A stretch of 25,238 nt of DNA from Candidatus Krumholzibacteriia bacterium (lineage in GTDB: Bacteria; Krumholzibacteriota; Krumholzibacteriia; LZORAL124-64-63): the NCBI GenBank assembly GCA_036351155.1, contig JAZBOO010000185.1, forward strand, positions 1 through 25,238, in the 5' to 3' direction. Below are positions 8,771 through 17,822 of this stretch, piece by piece. How positions within the stretch are numbered: the stretch's first letter is position 1; each line of letters opens with the position of its first letter. The notes below the pieces were generated by a model, which did not search any database, was not told where the DNA came from, and saw only the letters and a list, made by a program, of their open reading frames with translations. The translations under genes and the position numbers were made by a program.

Positions 8771-9997
8771 TTACTTTTCATTCAATTCGTAACAAATCAC
8801 TTCCAGAGGTTCAGCCTCGGGAGCTTCCTCGGCATTGGCGCCGGCACCCTGCTGGTTCAGCCAGGCGTCCAGAGCACCCACGATAACCACGATCCGGCCG
8901 TTCGGCAGGAGGATGACGGCGTCACGGTCAGCCTTGTGGTCACCTTCCAGGGCCACTTGCTTCTCGAAGGTGCCGTTGTCGTCGAAGACATCCAGCACCA
9001 TCCAGGTGCCCTCGGGGGTTTGATGGTTCCCGGTGGAAGTCTGGGTCCAGATCCGGCCATCCTCGGTCACCTGGATGCTGGACAGGACAGGATCGGTGTC
9101 CTCGATGGTGATCTGGCGGGCCGGGGTGGGGTAGTTGGCCGCCACAGCCTCGATGATCTGAGTGGCCAGCTGGCGCTGCTTCTCGTTGCGGGGCATGGAC
9201 TTGAATTCACGCTTGATGACCTTCTGAAGGGTGCCGTCAACCCCGAGCACGTTGATGGCATAGGCGTCACGCTCGGGGGCCACGTAGACCCGACCGTCCT
9301 GGCCAACCGCCATGCGCCCCCAGATGAAGTCCATCGCAGCTTCGTCCATGACGAGCTCCGCATAGTTGATGGTGTGCTCCTTTTCCAGAAGTGCCACTTT
9401 CTGCTGAGCCTGTTCATCACACCGCGCCAGGAAATAAGTCTGGGTGCTGATGGCTCCGCCAAAGGTCATGCGGATACCGGCCAGAATCATGTCCTGACCG
9501 TGGCCGCGCCCGGCAATCAGCACGCCAAATTGTCCTTCGGAACCTGCTCCGGCACTGAAGGTGGCTTCACCGGCGGGCAAACCCTCCGGAGTCAGCTTCA
9601 CGACCTTGCCCGGAAAGCTTTGCAGGATATTGATGGTCCCGTCCGCAGCCACGAACATGTCGGCGGGATTGCGGGCCTCACCCGGTCCATCTCCCTCGCG
9701 GCCCACTGTGGCAAGGTGTTCTCCATCGGGGGTGTAGATGTGGACCTGGCTGAGCTGGCCATCGAGCAGATAGAGCCGGCCCTCAGGGTCGGTCCGGACA
9801 CCGCCGAGGGTACCGAAGAAGACGTCATCGTCCTCGCCGCCGGCCCGCCACAGTTCGCGGAGCTCGCCCCGCACCAGACCATTGGCGGGCTGGTTGCCGT
9901 TGTCCACCACGGTGGGTTCAGCCCAGGCGGCTGCAAAAAACAGGAGAATCAGAAAAAAAGAGGCGGTGAGTAGACGTGTAAACGAATGTGAATGCAA
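8771..9997 (-). CDS. Secreted 6-bladed beta-propeller (NHL/TolB-like) protein
   Basis: TTG start with RBS AAGGGGG; signal peptide ending AAWA; propeller-type segments DPEGRLYLLD...VHIYTPDGEHLATVGREGDGPGE, VGQDGRVYV, VTEDGRIW, LDVFDDNG. Confidence 0.8.
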   Translation of the reverse strand: MHSHSFTRLLTASFFLILLFFAAAWAEPTVVDNGNQPANGLVRGELRELWRAGGEDDDVFFGTLGGVRTDPEGRLYLLDGQLSQVHIYTPDGEHLATVGREGDGPGEARNPADMFVAADGTINILQSFPGKVVKLTPEGLPAGEATFSAGAGSEGQFGVLIAGRGHGQDMILAGIRMTFGGAISTQTYFLARCDEQAQQKVALLEKEHTINYAELVMDEAAMDFIWGRMAVGQDGRVYVAPERDAYAINVLGVDGTLQKVIKREFKSMPRNEKQRQLATQIIEAVAANYPTPARQITIEDTDPVLSSIQVTEDGRIWTQTSTGNHQTPEGTWMVLDVFDDNGTFEKQVALEGDHKADRDAVILLPNGRIVVIVGALDAWLNQQGAGANAEEAPEAEPLEVICYELNEK

Positions 9998-10232
9998 GAT
10001 TTTCCCCCTTGATGGATGGCCTTTTCAGGGCCGTCGCTTGTCACAGATCACTTCCATTGGCGCGGCGTCCCGTCAAGCGCCCACAGCTGACCACTGGGCA
10101 TGGAAGCCATGTCCAGGATATCTCTTCCGGTCGGCTCCACTACGATAACCGCAGGCGTTCGGTTGCGTCTGCAGCGCGGATTCCTGTTTTCCCGGCCCGG
10201 GTCCATTCCTGGGCGGTCCATTTCAAGGCGGC

Positions 10233-12311
10233 TCAGGGCAGGGATTCCGCCCACAGCACCAGCCGGTCGGCCACCTGGGTCAGACTCAGTCCCCCCCGAA
10301 TTTCCTGAACTGGAGCCAGATTGATGGTCATGCTCTTCAGAACACGAAGCAGCTGGCGGCCCTGCCCCTGGTCCTGGGTTTCCTGAACAAAGTCCAGCCA
10401 GGTGAGCGAAAGATCCTCGGGCCAGCCGGCCAGCTTTTCCCGGATAAAGGTGTCCTGGGCCTGGGGCCAGGGGGCCAGTTCACGTCCCGCCATGATCAGC
10501 ATGGCCTGCGGGGAAACCTCGAGATCGGCTCCCAGTTTCAAGGCGGCCGCCCCCAGGTGATCCACCCCGCACAGGGAAAATGTTTCGGTGCCGAAGAAGG
10601 TCCTGGCCCAGTCCACCGCCGCTCGTGCTTCGGCCAGCGCCTCCTCCAGGGGCTGGTGCCCCGGGGAAGAAGCGTGGGGGATCAGGTAGATGGGGGAACG
10701 GGAAGTGGCGCGGCGGTCGTTGTCCAGGTGTCCCTCGAATTCGTAGGAACGGGCGATGCGCTGGGCCAGCCGGGGTTCGTAACCGAACGGAGAACCAAGC
10801 AGGACCACCGGGTTGATCGGCCCCCGCTGCCGATAGCCTTCGGGCAGATAAACGGTGCACAACCGGTCCTGGCCTCCAGGCCCGGGATAGATCAGCAACA
10901 CCGTCCCCTGGTCGGGCACCAGAGTTCCGGTCTGGCTGGCCCGCACCAGCAACCTATCCAGATCGCCGAATGTGGTGGCGATGGGTCCGGGGTCCCGACG
11001 ATTCGGCAAGTTGTTCAGCGCATTTTCCAGGGTGCGGAGGTAGTAGCTGGCCGTGGGTTGCTCGGCAGATTTCAGGGCCGCAATACGGGTGAGCATGGTC
11101 TGGTGCCAGGCATGGTCCAGCTTGAGAACCCGGGTACTCCAGACCTGGGTGGTCTGGTCGGGAAAGTCCAGCTTGGCTCGCACGGTGTACAGGCCGGATC
11201 GCAGCTGGGAGAAATCCGCGGCATATTCCCATCGATTCCATCCCTGATCCAGGTTCACCGCACCGGCCAGTTGACCCTCGGGCAGCAGGGTCTGTCCCTG
11301 GTTGTCTGTGTAGTCGATGGTCAGGGTTCCCGGACCGCTCACGGGGGCCACCGCCACCAGCTCCAGTTCAAGGGGCAATCCGGAATTCACGGACGTCATC
11401 ACCTTGCCGATCAAGGTGGTGGCCGTCTGGGATTCCGGGTCGAAGGTCAATGGCGTGTACCGTCGAGCCCGGGAACCCGGGCGGAAAGCGATGGGGTCGG
11501 GGAACAGCTCGGCCTGCAGGTTGGCGGAGAGAACCCTCACCGCGGCGTTGATTCCCAGCCTGGTGTCCGCCAGGGGGTGGTAGGGCTGGATGGCTTGCCA
11601 GGGGATGGTCCCGGTCAGATCGAGGGTGGTCTGGCCGGGGTTCATCTGGATCTCGGGATCCAGCTCAAGCACCCTTTGCCAGCCCAGCTGGTCGGAGTAC
11701 ATGGCGCCGACGGGGGTGGACTTTTCCAGGCCGAAGGCCAGCAGGAAATGGTTTCGACTTTCGAAGGGGGAGGAGGTGTCGGGTATGGCCAGTGTGAGGA
11801 CCAGGCCGGGCCCACCCTGCCAGGGGGGCGGAGTCTTGTCCGTGGGCCAGCGGGCCATTTCGCCCAGCAGACTGAGCCGGAATTGAAGACCATCGGGCTG
11901 CCAGCGGAGGGTCAGTGTGGGGGGCACTGTCTCGGCCCCGCCGGCCACCAGCTCCAGGGAGCGAGGGCTCGACCAGAGACCGCTTTCCAGCTGAATGCCG
12001 CGCCGGGAGGACTGCAATTCCCTCTCGCTGGACCAGGCCATCAACAGGGGCAAGAACTCCGGGTGGCTCCGGAGATCCTTCAGGTCCGGGTCCTGCTCGG
12101 CAAACCGCAGGTCATCGAATCCGGCAGCCATGGCCTGGCGGAGCCGCTCCAGGGCGGCGCTCTGGTCACCGGCCTGGCTCAGACGGCAGGCCTGGTTGTA
12201 GATGCGGACGGGGTCCTCCTGGGCCCAGGTGACCTGGGGCAGCAAAAACAGGAAAAGGGCGCCGCAGAGGACGGCGGCACCTGTTCCCTGGAAGGCGTGG
12301 GCAGCGCGCAT
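10233..12311 (-). CDS. Secreted multidomain protein: N-terminal TPR-like helical cap, central beta-sandwich region, degenerate alpha/beta-hydrolase C-terminal domain
   Basis: RBS GAAAGG; signal peptide ending TWA; YNQACRLSQAGDQSAALERLRQAMAAGFDDLRFAEQDPDLKDLRSHPEF matches the common terminal-TPR pattern; TVYLPEGY...PVVLLG and FSLCGVDHLGAAAL resemble esterase scaffold elements. Confidence 0.7.
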   Translation of the reverse strand: MRAAHAFQGTGAAVLCGALFLFLLPQVTWAQEDPVRIYNQACRLSQAGDQSAALERLRQAMAAGFDDLRFAEQDPDLKDLRSHPEFLPLLMAWSSERELQSSRRGIQLESGLWSSPRSLELVAGGAETVPPTLTLRWQPDGLQFRLSLLGEMARWPTDKTPPPWQGGPGLVLTLAIPDTSSPFESRNHFLLAFGLEKSTPVGAMYSDQLGWQRVLELDPEIQMNPGQTTLDLTGTIPWQAIQPYHPLADTRLGINAAVRVLSANLQAELFPDPIAFRPGSRARRYTPLTFDPESQTATTLIGKVMTSVNSGLPLELELVAVAPVSGPGTLTIDYTDNQGQTLLPEGQLAGAVNLDQGWNRWEYAADFSQLRSGLYTVRAKLDFPDQTTQVWSTRVLKLDHAWHQTMLTRIAALKSAEQPTASYYLRTLENALNNLPNRRDPGPIATTFGDLDRLLVRASQTGTLVPDQGTVLLIYPGPGGQDRLCTVYLPEGYRQRGPINPVVLLGSPFGYEPRLAQRIARSYEFEGHLDNDRRATSRSPIYLIPHASSPGHQPLEEALAEARAAVDWARTFFGTETFSLCGVDHLGAAALKLGADLEVSPQAMLIMAGRELAPWPQAQDTFIREKLAGWPEDLSLTWLDFVQETQDQGQGRQLLRVLKSMTINLAPVQEIRGGLSLTQVADRLVLWAESLP

Positions 12312-12409
12312 GAAGACCTTTCTTGCTCACGGTGATCCTGTGAGTAAAACCGAGCCGACCAAAAAATTCCAGGGTTGCTTGTCGGGGCCCCGGGAAACTT
12401 GTCTCGACC

Positions 12410-12438
12410 TTGTGGACCATTCCGTATTCTGGTAGATT
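12410..12438 (+). promoter_or_regulatory. Putative extended -10 sigma70 promoter for the PhzF-family gene
   Basis: TTGTGG (12410-12415), 17 bp spacer, TAGATT (12433-12438), preceded by TGn. Confidence 0.5.
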
Positions 12439-12635
12439 GAAGAACACATCCGAACCCGGCACTCGCACCCTGTTTTTCATCCCAGGATTCGGCTGAGTCG
12501 CCCGCCGTTGCTTTTCCCGGTCTGCGGGATGAGGCGCGTCGGGGTGGCATCCGGACGGAGCCCTTGCTTGCCCCGACCTTCCGCCGACCGACCGGTCCGG
12601 TGGTCCTGTGACCACCAAAGGCGAGAGGGGTCGTC

Positions 12636-13568
12636 ATGGCGATCATTCCCTTCCACATTGTCGATGCGTTCGCCGACCGCCCGTTCACGGGCAATCCTGC
12701 AGCCATCATTCCCAATGCAGCCAGCTTGACCGAAGCCGAGATGATGCAGATCACCGATGAACTGTCCATGGAGGCGGGCTTTGTTCTGCCGCCGTCCGCG
12801 CCGGGGGCGGATGTCCGTCTGCGATTCTTCACCCGGCGCCGTGAGGCCAATCTGAGCGGGCACGTGGTGATCGCCGCCTTCACATCCATGGCCGATCGGG
12901 GCTTTTACCAGCCCTCGCTCGCCGGCACACCGGTGCGGCTGGAAACGGGGGCAGGGGTGCTGCCGGTGACCTTGACCACCGGGTCAGATGGTCAGACGGC
13001 GATCACCCTGGAACTGCCTGCGCCGCGGTTCGGCGAACCGGTGGACGCCCAGGAGGTGGGGACGGCTCTGGGGCTCCCGCCCGAAGCTCTGCACATCGGA
13101 GACCATGGGCCCCAGCGGGTGAGTTGCGGGTTCGACCAGATCATCGTGCCGGTGAATGACCGGGATGCCATCCGTGGCGCCATCCGGGACATGGAGGCCA
13201 TCGGTGCCCTGACCGACCGACGCGGTGTGGGCGGAATCACCATGTTCTGTCCGGAGACCTACAGCCGAACTGCGGATTTCCACATGCGGTTCTTCCATCC
13301 CCGGGCCGGACAGGATGAAGATGTGGCCAGCGGGACCTCGCTGGGGGCGGCGGCGGCCTACATCGTGGACCGGAAAATGCTGCCCGGCGGCGACCGTATT
13401 CGTATACTCACTGAACAGGGGCATGCCCAGGGCCGACCCAACACGGCGGTTCTTTCGGTGGTGGCTCCCGGCGGCTCGGTGCGGTCGGTGGAGTTGACCG
13501 CCACCGGAGCCGTGGTCATGCGCGGCAGTTTCCACTTCAATCGAAAGGCCCGTGTTGCGGCGTACTGA
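12636..13568 (+). CDS. PhzF family isomerase/epimerase (diaminopimelate epimerase-like fold)
   Basis: VDAFADRPFTGNPAA; LSMEAGFV (catalytic Glu position); LRFFT...LSGH; EDVASGTS; EQG...GRP. RBS GAGAGGGG. No phenazine cluster nearby. Confidence 0.92.
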   Translation: MAIIPFHIVDAFADRPFTGNPAAIIPNAASLTEAEMMQITDELSMEAGFVLPPSAPGADVRLRFFTRRREANLSGHVVIAAFTSMADRGFYQPSLAGTPVRLETGAGVLPVTLTTGSDGQTAITLELPAPRFGEPVDAQEVGTALGLPPEALHIGDHGPQRVSCGFDQIIVPVNDRDAIRGAIRDMEAIGALTDRRGVGGITMFCPETYSRTADFHMRFFHPRAGQDEDVASGTSLGAAAAYIVDRKMLPGGDRIRILTEQGHAQGRPNTAVLSVVAPGGSVRSVELTATGAVVMRGSFHFNRKARVAAY

Positions 13569-14931
13569 GCTTTATCGGCGAGGAGTCTGGATCCTCCTGG
13601 CCATCCTCCTGCTCTCGGGACTCCTTTTTCTGGGGTCCTGCGGAGATGATGATCCTGTCCCCCAGGTCCGGGACCCCTGGTTGTCCGTGCTGATGAGTCC
13701 GGGATTTGCCCCCTTGCCGGGCATCAAGGTGGTGCTCATGGATGGGCCCACCGGTTCGGTGGTGGCGGGGCCCGTGGTTTCCGATGACGAGGGGAGATGC
13801 TCTTTCCCGGGGCTGGACGGTGGGCCGTACGAGGTGCTTCCCTTTGCCGGGAGTCGTCACCAGGTGGTGACCATCGAGCCCTCCAGGTGGGACCTGCGCT
13901 ACTGGTCAGTCAAGAGCCACGGAGTCTGGCCCGGAGCACCGGACAAGACGCCGCCGGCCGCTGCCGGCCCCGTCGTTCTGCTGGAAACTCTGACCAACCC
14001 GGGCGGCTTGCCCCGCATCACCGGGACGGTGACCGATGCGGTGACGGGGGTGCCGCTGGAGGCGGCTTTTGTCAGCTTATACCCCTTGACGGGTGGGTAT
14101 GCCGGGAACACGGGCGTTCATGACGATGTGACCCTGGACGATGGGGTGTTCACCGTGACCGAGATACCTTTCGCCCAGGATCCGGAGAATGGACATCTGG
14201 TCCAGATTCGGCCCTTGCTGGTGCATTGCCAGGGTTATCGTCCCCGGTCCTGGCTCCATCAGGCCGCCAATGGAGATAACAATCTGGACATCAGTGGGGT
14301 GAACATCACCCTCGAGCCCATCGACCCCACCTTGACCGGTGGACTTCAGGGTCGGGTTCTTCTGCTGGGCGAGCCTGCCGCCGGAGTGGTGGTGGGGATC
14401 ACGGTGGCTGCCGGCGGAAAATCTGCGGTCGGGCAACCTGGCCTGTCTGTCCTGACCGACCAGGAAGGCCAATATTCCATGTCCGGTGTACCCGAGGGAC
14501 ATTTCTTCCTGGATGCGGGGTACCGGGTGATGGACGGAGTGGTCTCCTATTTTCCTCAGGGCCATCAAACGCACCTGGTGGAGGCCGGACAGGTCACCAT
14601 GGCCGGCGATATTTTTCTCCTGCATGAGATCCAGCTGTATGTGCCCGCCGCCGGTGGCTGGTACCTGGATTCGTCCGTCATGTTTCCCATGCAGTGGTCT
14701 CCGGTACCGGGAGCGGTCCGCTATCAGGTCATGGTGGATCGGGGAATGATCGGAGAGTCCACCACCAATCGGCTTGAGGAACCTGAAGATTTCCTGCTGT
14801 CTTCCGGCAGGCACACGTGGAGTGTGGCGGCCTTTGACGAAGAGGGTCGACAGATCGGCATGGTGGAGGCGCTGGGCCGATTCAACGTGGGTGAGGATCA
14901 GTGTTCCGTCAACCCGAATTCGTCAGGTTGA
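13552..14931 (+). CDS. Lipoprotein with repeated carboxypeptidase-regulatory-like (transthyretin-like) domains and a C-terminal Ig/Fn3-like domain
   Basis: GTG start overlapping the upstream gene, RBS GAAAGG; lipobox LGSC; ITGTVTDAVTGVPLEAAFV, SDDEGRCSFPGLDGGPYEV and TDQEGQYSMSGVPEGHF repeats; QWSPVPGAVRYQV...HTWSVAAFD. Confidence 0.75.
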   Translation: MLRRTELYRRGVWILLAILLLSGLLFLGSCGDDDPVPQVRDPWLSVLMSPGFAPLPGIKVVLMDGPTGSVVAGPVVSDDEGRCSFPGLDGGPYEVLPFAGSRHQVVTIEPSRWDLRYWSVKSHGVWPGAPDKTPPAAAGPVVLLETLTNPGGLPRITGTVTDAVTGVPLEAAFVSLYPLTGGYAGNTGVHDDVTLDDGVFTVTEIPFAQDPENGHLVQIRPLLVHCQGYRPRSWLHQAANGDNNLDISGVNITLEPIDPTLTGGLQGRVLLLGEPAAGVVVGITVAAGGKSAVGQPGLSVLTDQEGQYSMSGVPEGHFFLDAGYRVMDGVVSYFPQGHQTHLVEAGQVTMAGDIFLLHEIQLYVPAAGGWYLDSSVMFPMQWSPVPGAVRYQVMVDRGMIGESTTNRLEEPEDFLLSSGRHTWSVAAFDEEGRQIGMVEALGRFNVGEDQCSVNPNSSG

Positions 14932-14938
14932 CGGAGCA

Positions 14939-16138
14939 CTAGTTCAATACCAGATCCCTGGTGTCGCGCGCGATCATCAGTTCCTCGTTGGTCGGCACGA
15001 TCATGATCTTCACGCGGGAAGACATCTTGCTGATGATGGCCTCGTCGTGACGGGTGGCGTTCTTGAAGGGATCCAGGATGGCGCCGATGGCCTCGAGACC
15101 CTGGCAGGCCCACTCGCGCACCAGTGAAGCGTGTTCGCCCACGCCGGCGGTGAAGATGATGGCGTCCACCCGGCCCAGGGCCACGGCATAGGAGCCGATG
15201 TACTTGCGGATGTGGTAGCCATACACCTCGAGGGCCAGCCGCGCACGATCGTTGCCCTTGGCGTATTCACGCTCGACATCGCGCAGATCGCTGCTGATCC
15301 CGCTGATTCCCAGCATGCCGCTTTCCTTGTTCAGCATCTTTTCCACGTCGGCCAGATTCTTGTCCAGGCGCCGGCTCAGGTAGCCGACGATGGCCGGATC
15401 GATGTCCCCGCTCCTGGTCCCCATCATCAGGCCTTCCAGGGGAGTCAGGCCCATGGAGGTGTCGATGGAGCGCCCACCCTGCACCGCGGCCATGCTGGCC
15501 CCGTTGCCCAGGTGGCAGGTGATCAGGTTCAGTTCCCTGGGCTCCCGCTCCATGATCTGAGCGGCGCGCAGAGTGACAAAGCGGTGGCTGGTCCCGTGAA
15601 ACCCGTAACGGCGGATGCCATATTCCTCGTAGAGTTCATAGGGGATGGGGTAGATGTAGGCCCGGTCGGGCATGGACTGATGAAACGCCGTGTCGAACAC
15701 CCCCACCATGGGCACATCGGGCATGACCTTCTGGGCGGCCTCGATGCCGGTGATGTTGGCCGGATTGTGCAAGGGCGCCAGAGGAACGCACTCCTTCAGG
15801 GCGTTGACCACATCCTCGGTGATCCTCACGCTGCCCGAGTATTTCTCACCGGCGTGGACCACCCGGTGACCCACCGCGGCCACTTCTTTCATGGACTTGA
15901 CCACGCCGTGCTCGGGATGCACCAGCGCCGCCAGCAGCAGCTCGATGGCCCGGGCGTGGTCGGGAATGGGCAAGGTCTCGTTCACGCTGTCACAGCCGGG
16001 ACGCGAGTAGGTGTGGATTCCGTCATCCATCCCGATCCGCTCGATCAACCCCTTGGCCACGAGCTTCTCGTCGGTCATGTCCAATAGCTGGTACTTCAGC
16101 GAACTGCTGCCACAGTTGATGACCAGTACGTTCTGCAT
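14939..16138 (-). CDS. ackA: Acetate kinase
   Basis: NVLVINCGSSSLKYQL, GHRVVHAG, LAPLHNPAN, FDTAFH, RRYGFHGTSH, CHLGNGAS, DTSMGLTPLEGLMMGTRSGDIDP, PTNEELMIA. Start reassigned to ATG 16138 (MQNVLVIN). Confidence 0.97.
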   Translation of the reverse strand: MQNVLVINCGSSSLKYQLLDMTDEKLVAKGLIERIGMDDGIHTYSRPGCDSVNETLPIPDHARAIELLLAALVHPEHGVVKSMKEVAAVGHRVVHAGEKYSGSVRITEDVVNALKECVPLAPLHNPANITGIEAAQKVMPDVPMVGVFDTAFHQSMPDRAYIYPIPYELYEEYGIRRYGFHGTSHRFVTLRAAQIMEREPRELNLITCHLGNGASMAAVQGGRSIDTSMGLTPLEGLMMGTRSGDIDPAIVGYLSRRLDKNLADVEKMLNKESGMLGISGISSDLRDVEREYAKGNDRARLALEVYGYHIRKYIGSYAVALGRVDAIIFTAGVGEHASLVREWACQGLEAIGAILDPFKNATRHDEAIISKMSSRVKIMIVPTNEELMIARDTRDLVLN

Positions 16139-16154
16139 CGTTGCCCACTCCGCT

Positions 16155-17147
16155 TCAGTTGCTCTGGAGGGCGGTGATGGCCGCCACGTTGACGATATCG
16201 GTGACACTGCAACCCCGCGACAGGTCGTTCACCCCGCGGGCCATGCCCTGGAGAACCGGTCCCACGGCCTCGGCACCGGCCAGTCGCTGGACCAGCTTGT
16301 AGCCGATGTTGCCGGCGTCCAGATCGGGGAAAATGACCACGTTGGCCTGCCCGGCCACGGGGCTTCCCGGAGCTTTGCTGCTGCCGATTTCGGGCACCAG
16401 GGCCGCATCCAGCTGCAAGGGGCCGTCCACCAGCAATTCGGGGGCTTTTTCCCGCACCAGGCGGGTGGCTTCCTCCACCTTTTCCACGTCCGGTCCGGCG
16501 CCGCTCCCCTTGGTGCTGAAGCTGAGCATGGCCACCTTGGGCTCGAATCCGCACAGGGCCCTGGCGGTTCCGGCGGTGGCAATGGCAATGTCGGCCAGCT
16601 GGGCGGCATCCGGGCTGGGATTCACGGCGCAGTCCCCGAACACGATCATCCCGTCGGTCCCGAAGGTCCACTCGGGCTTGACCATGACGAAACAGCTGCT
16701 GACGATACTGCTGCCCGGGGCGGTGCCCACGATCTGGAACCCGGCCCGCAAAACGTTGCCGGTGGAGTTGACGGCTCCGGCCACCATGCCGTCGGCCAGA
16801 CCCTTCTGCACCAGCATGGCGCCGAAGAACAGGGGGTCGCTCATGGTCTGGGCGGCCTCTTCCTCGGTCAGGCCCTTGTGCTTGCGCATGTCGTGGTAGG
16901 CCCGCACGAAGTCGGCCCGGTAGGTCGAGAGTTCAGGATCGATCACCGACAGGCGGTCCGAGACGATGTTCCGCTTTTCCAGCTCGGCCTTGATAGTGTC
17001 CGCCTCACCCAGCAGGATGATGTGGGCGATGCCCTGGCCGGTAATCTGGCCGGCGGCGTCGAGCATGCGGGGGTCCGAGGCCTCGGGCAGGACAATGGTC
17101 TTGCCGAGCGCGGCCGCCTTGTCTCGCAGAGTCTGAGTAAAGTCCAT
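16155..17147 (-). CDS. pta: Phosphate acetyltransferase (short, single-domain type)
   Basis: [68 protein letters not shown]. Start reassigned to ATG 17147 (MDFTQTL). Confidence 0.96.
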   Translation of the reverse strand: MDFTQTLRDKAAALGKTIVLPEASDPRMLDAAGQITGQGIAHIILLGEADTIKAELEKRNIVSDRLSVIDPELSTYRADFVRAYHDMRKHKGLTEEEAAQTMSDPLFFGAMLVQKGLADGMVAGAVNSTGNVLRAGFQIVGTAPGSSIVSSCFVMVKPEWTFGTDGMIVFGDCAVNPSPDAAQLADIAIATAGTARALCGFEPKVAMLSFSTKGSGAGPDVEKVEEATRLVREKAPELLVDGPLQLDAALVPEIGSSKAPGSPVAGQANVVIFPDLDAGNIGYKLVQRLAGAEAVGPVLQGMARGVNDLSRGCSVTDIVNVAAITALQSN

Positions 17148-17248
17148 GATTTTTCCCTGAATTTGAACCGGTGAGCTGTGCATGGAGAACCCTCGAAATA
17201 AGGATGAGGGCGCCCGTTAAGTAAAGAACAATCCTTGCTGAAACCCGC

Positions 17249-17281
17249 AAAAAAACGCCCTTCCAGGCAAGGAAGGGCGTT
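17249..17281 (-). terminator. Rho-independent terminator downstream of the Rrf2 gene
   Basis: AACGCCCTTCC-aggcaa-GGAAGGGCGTT 11-bp stem; the A7 run at 17249-17255 gives a U-tract on the minus strand. Confidence 0.85.
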
Positions 17282-17336
17282 CTGGTGTCAAAGCCAGGTC
17301 AATCGCGTCGGACCCGGAGTCACCGGCCGGGGGTGG

Positions 17337-17786
17337 TTATTCCAGCTCGGACAATTGCTGCAGGTTCACATCTCCGGTTTCCTGCATGGTCCGGATCAGG
17401 TCGGACAGCTTGAAACTGGACCAGAACTCCTCCATCCGGGCACTGAGCAGGGTCCAGATGGATCGCGTCAGGCAATCGTCGGAACGGTCACACACCCCGG
17501 GCTCCATGACACAATCCACAAGTGTGGTGTGCGAGTCCAGGGCGGTGATGATTTCCCACAAGTTGATCTGCTCGGGATCCCGCGCCAGGGAGTAACCTCC
17601 ACGCACGCCCTTGCGGCTCTGGATGAGGTCGGCTTTCCTCAGGGTGCCCACCACTTGCTCCAGGTATTTCCCACTGATTTCCTGCGACTCGCTGATGGCG
17701 CTGATGGGCACCGGGTCGCCTCCGTAGCTTTCGGCAATCTGCAGGATCGCACGCAGGCCATATCGAACTTTGGTATTAACTTTCAT
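17337..17786 (-). CDS. Rrf2 family transcriptional regulator, three-Cys Fe-S type (IscR/NsrR-like)
   Basis: TKVRYGLRA, ISGKYLEQV, LIQSRKGVRGGYSLARDP; C-terminal C-x6-C-x5-C motif (VDCVMEPGVCDRSDDCLTRSIW). Confidence 0.93.
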   Translation of the reverse strand: MKVNTKVRYGLRAILQIAESYGGDPVPISAISESQEISGKYLEQVVGTLRKADLIQSRKGVRGGYSLARDPEQINLWEIITALDSHTTLVDCVMEPGVCDRSDDCLTRSIWTLLSARMEEFWSSFKLSDLIRTMQETGDVNLQQLSELE

Positions 17787-17822
17787 TACTGGGCTTTGCT
17801 CCGGTTGAATGGATTCTTAGCC

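Noticed and set aside
1141..9973. Very long plus-strand ORFs (1060, 1086 and 828 aa)
   Set aside because: They are antisense shadows of the RND, adaptor and propeller genes. Stop-free reverse frames are expected with high GC3, and the His/Gln/Gly-rich translations have no motifs.
10048..10254. 68-aa minus-strand ORF upstream of the propeller gene as a possible peptide cargo
   Set aside because: No signal or leader peptide, no clear RBS, and it overlaps the upstream gene end.
10557..12335. 592-aa plus-strand ORF, and similar shadows at 15131, 16011, 18042, 19178, 20291 and 22240
   Set aside because: They lie antisense to well-supported genes and have no recognisable domains.
12636..13568. 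Phenazine biosynthesis cluster
   Set aside because: Only a lone PhzF-family gene is present, with no phzA/B/D/E/G.
16139..16207. N-terminal extensions of ackA, and likewise pta, nadE, add and the PP2C gene, in the ORF track
   Set aside because: These are longest-ORF artefacts. Downstream starts fit family N-termini and RBS positions better.
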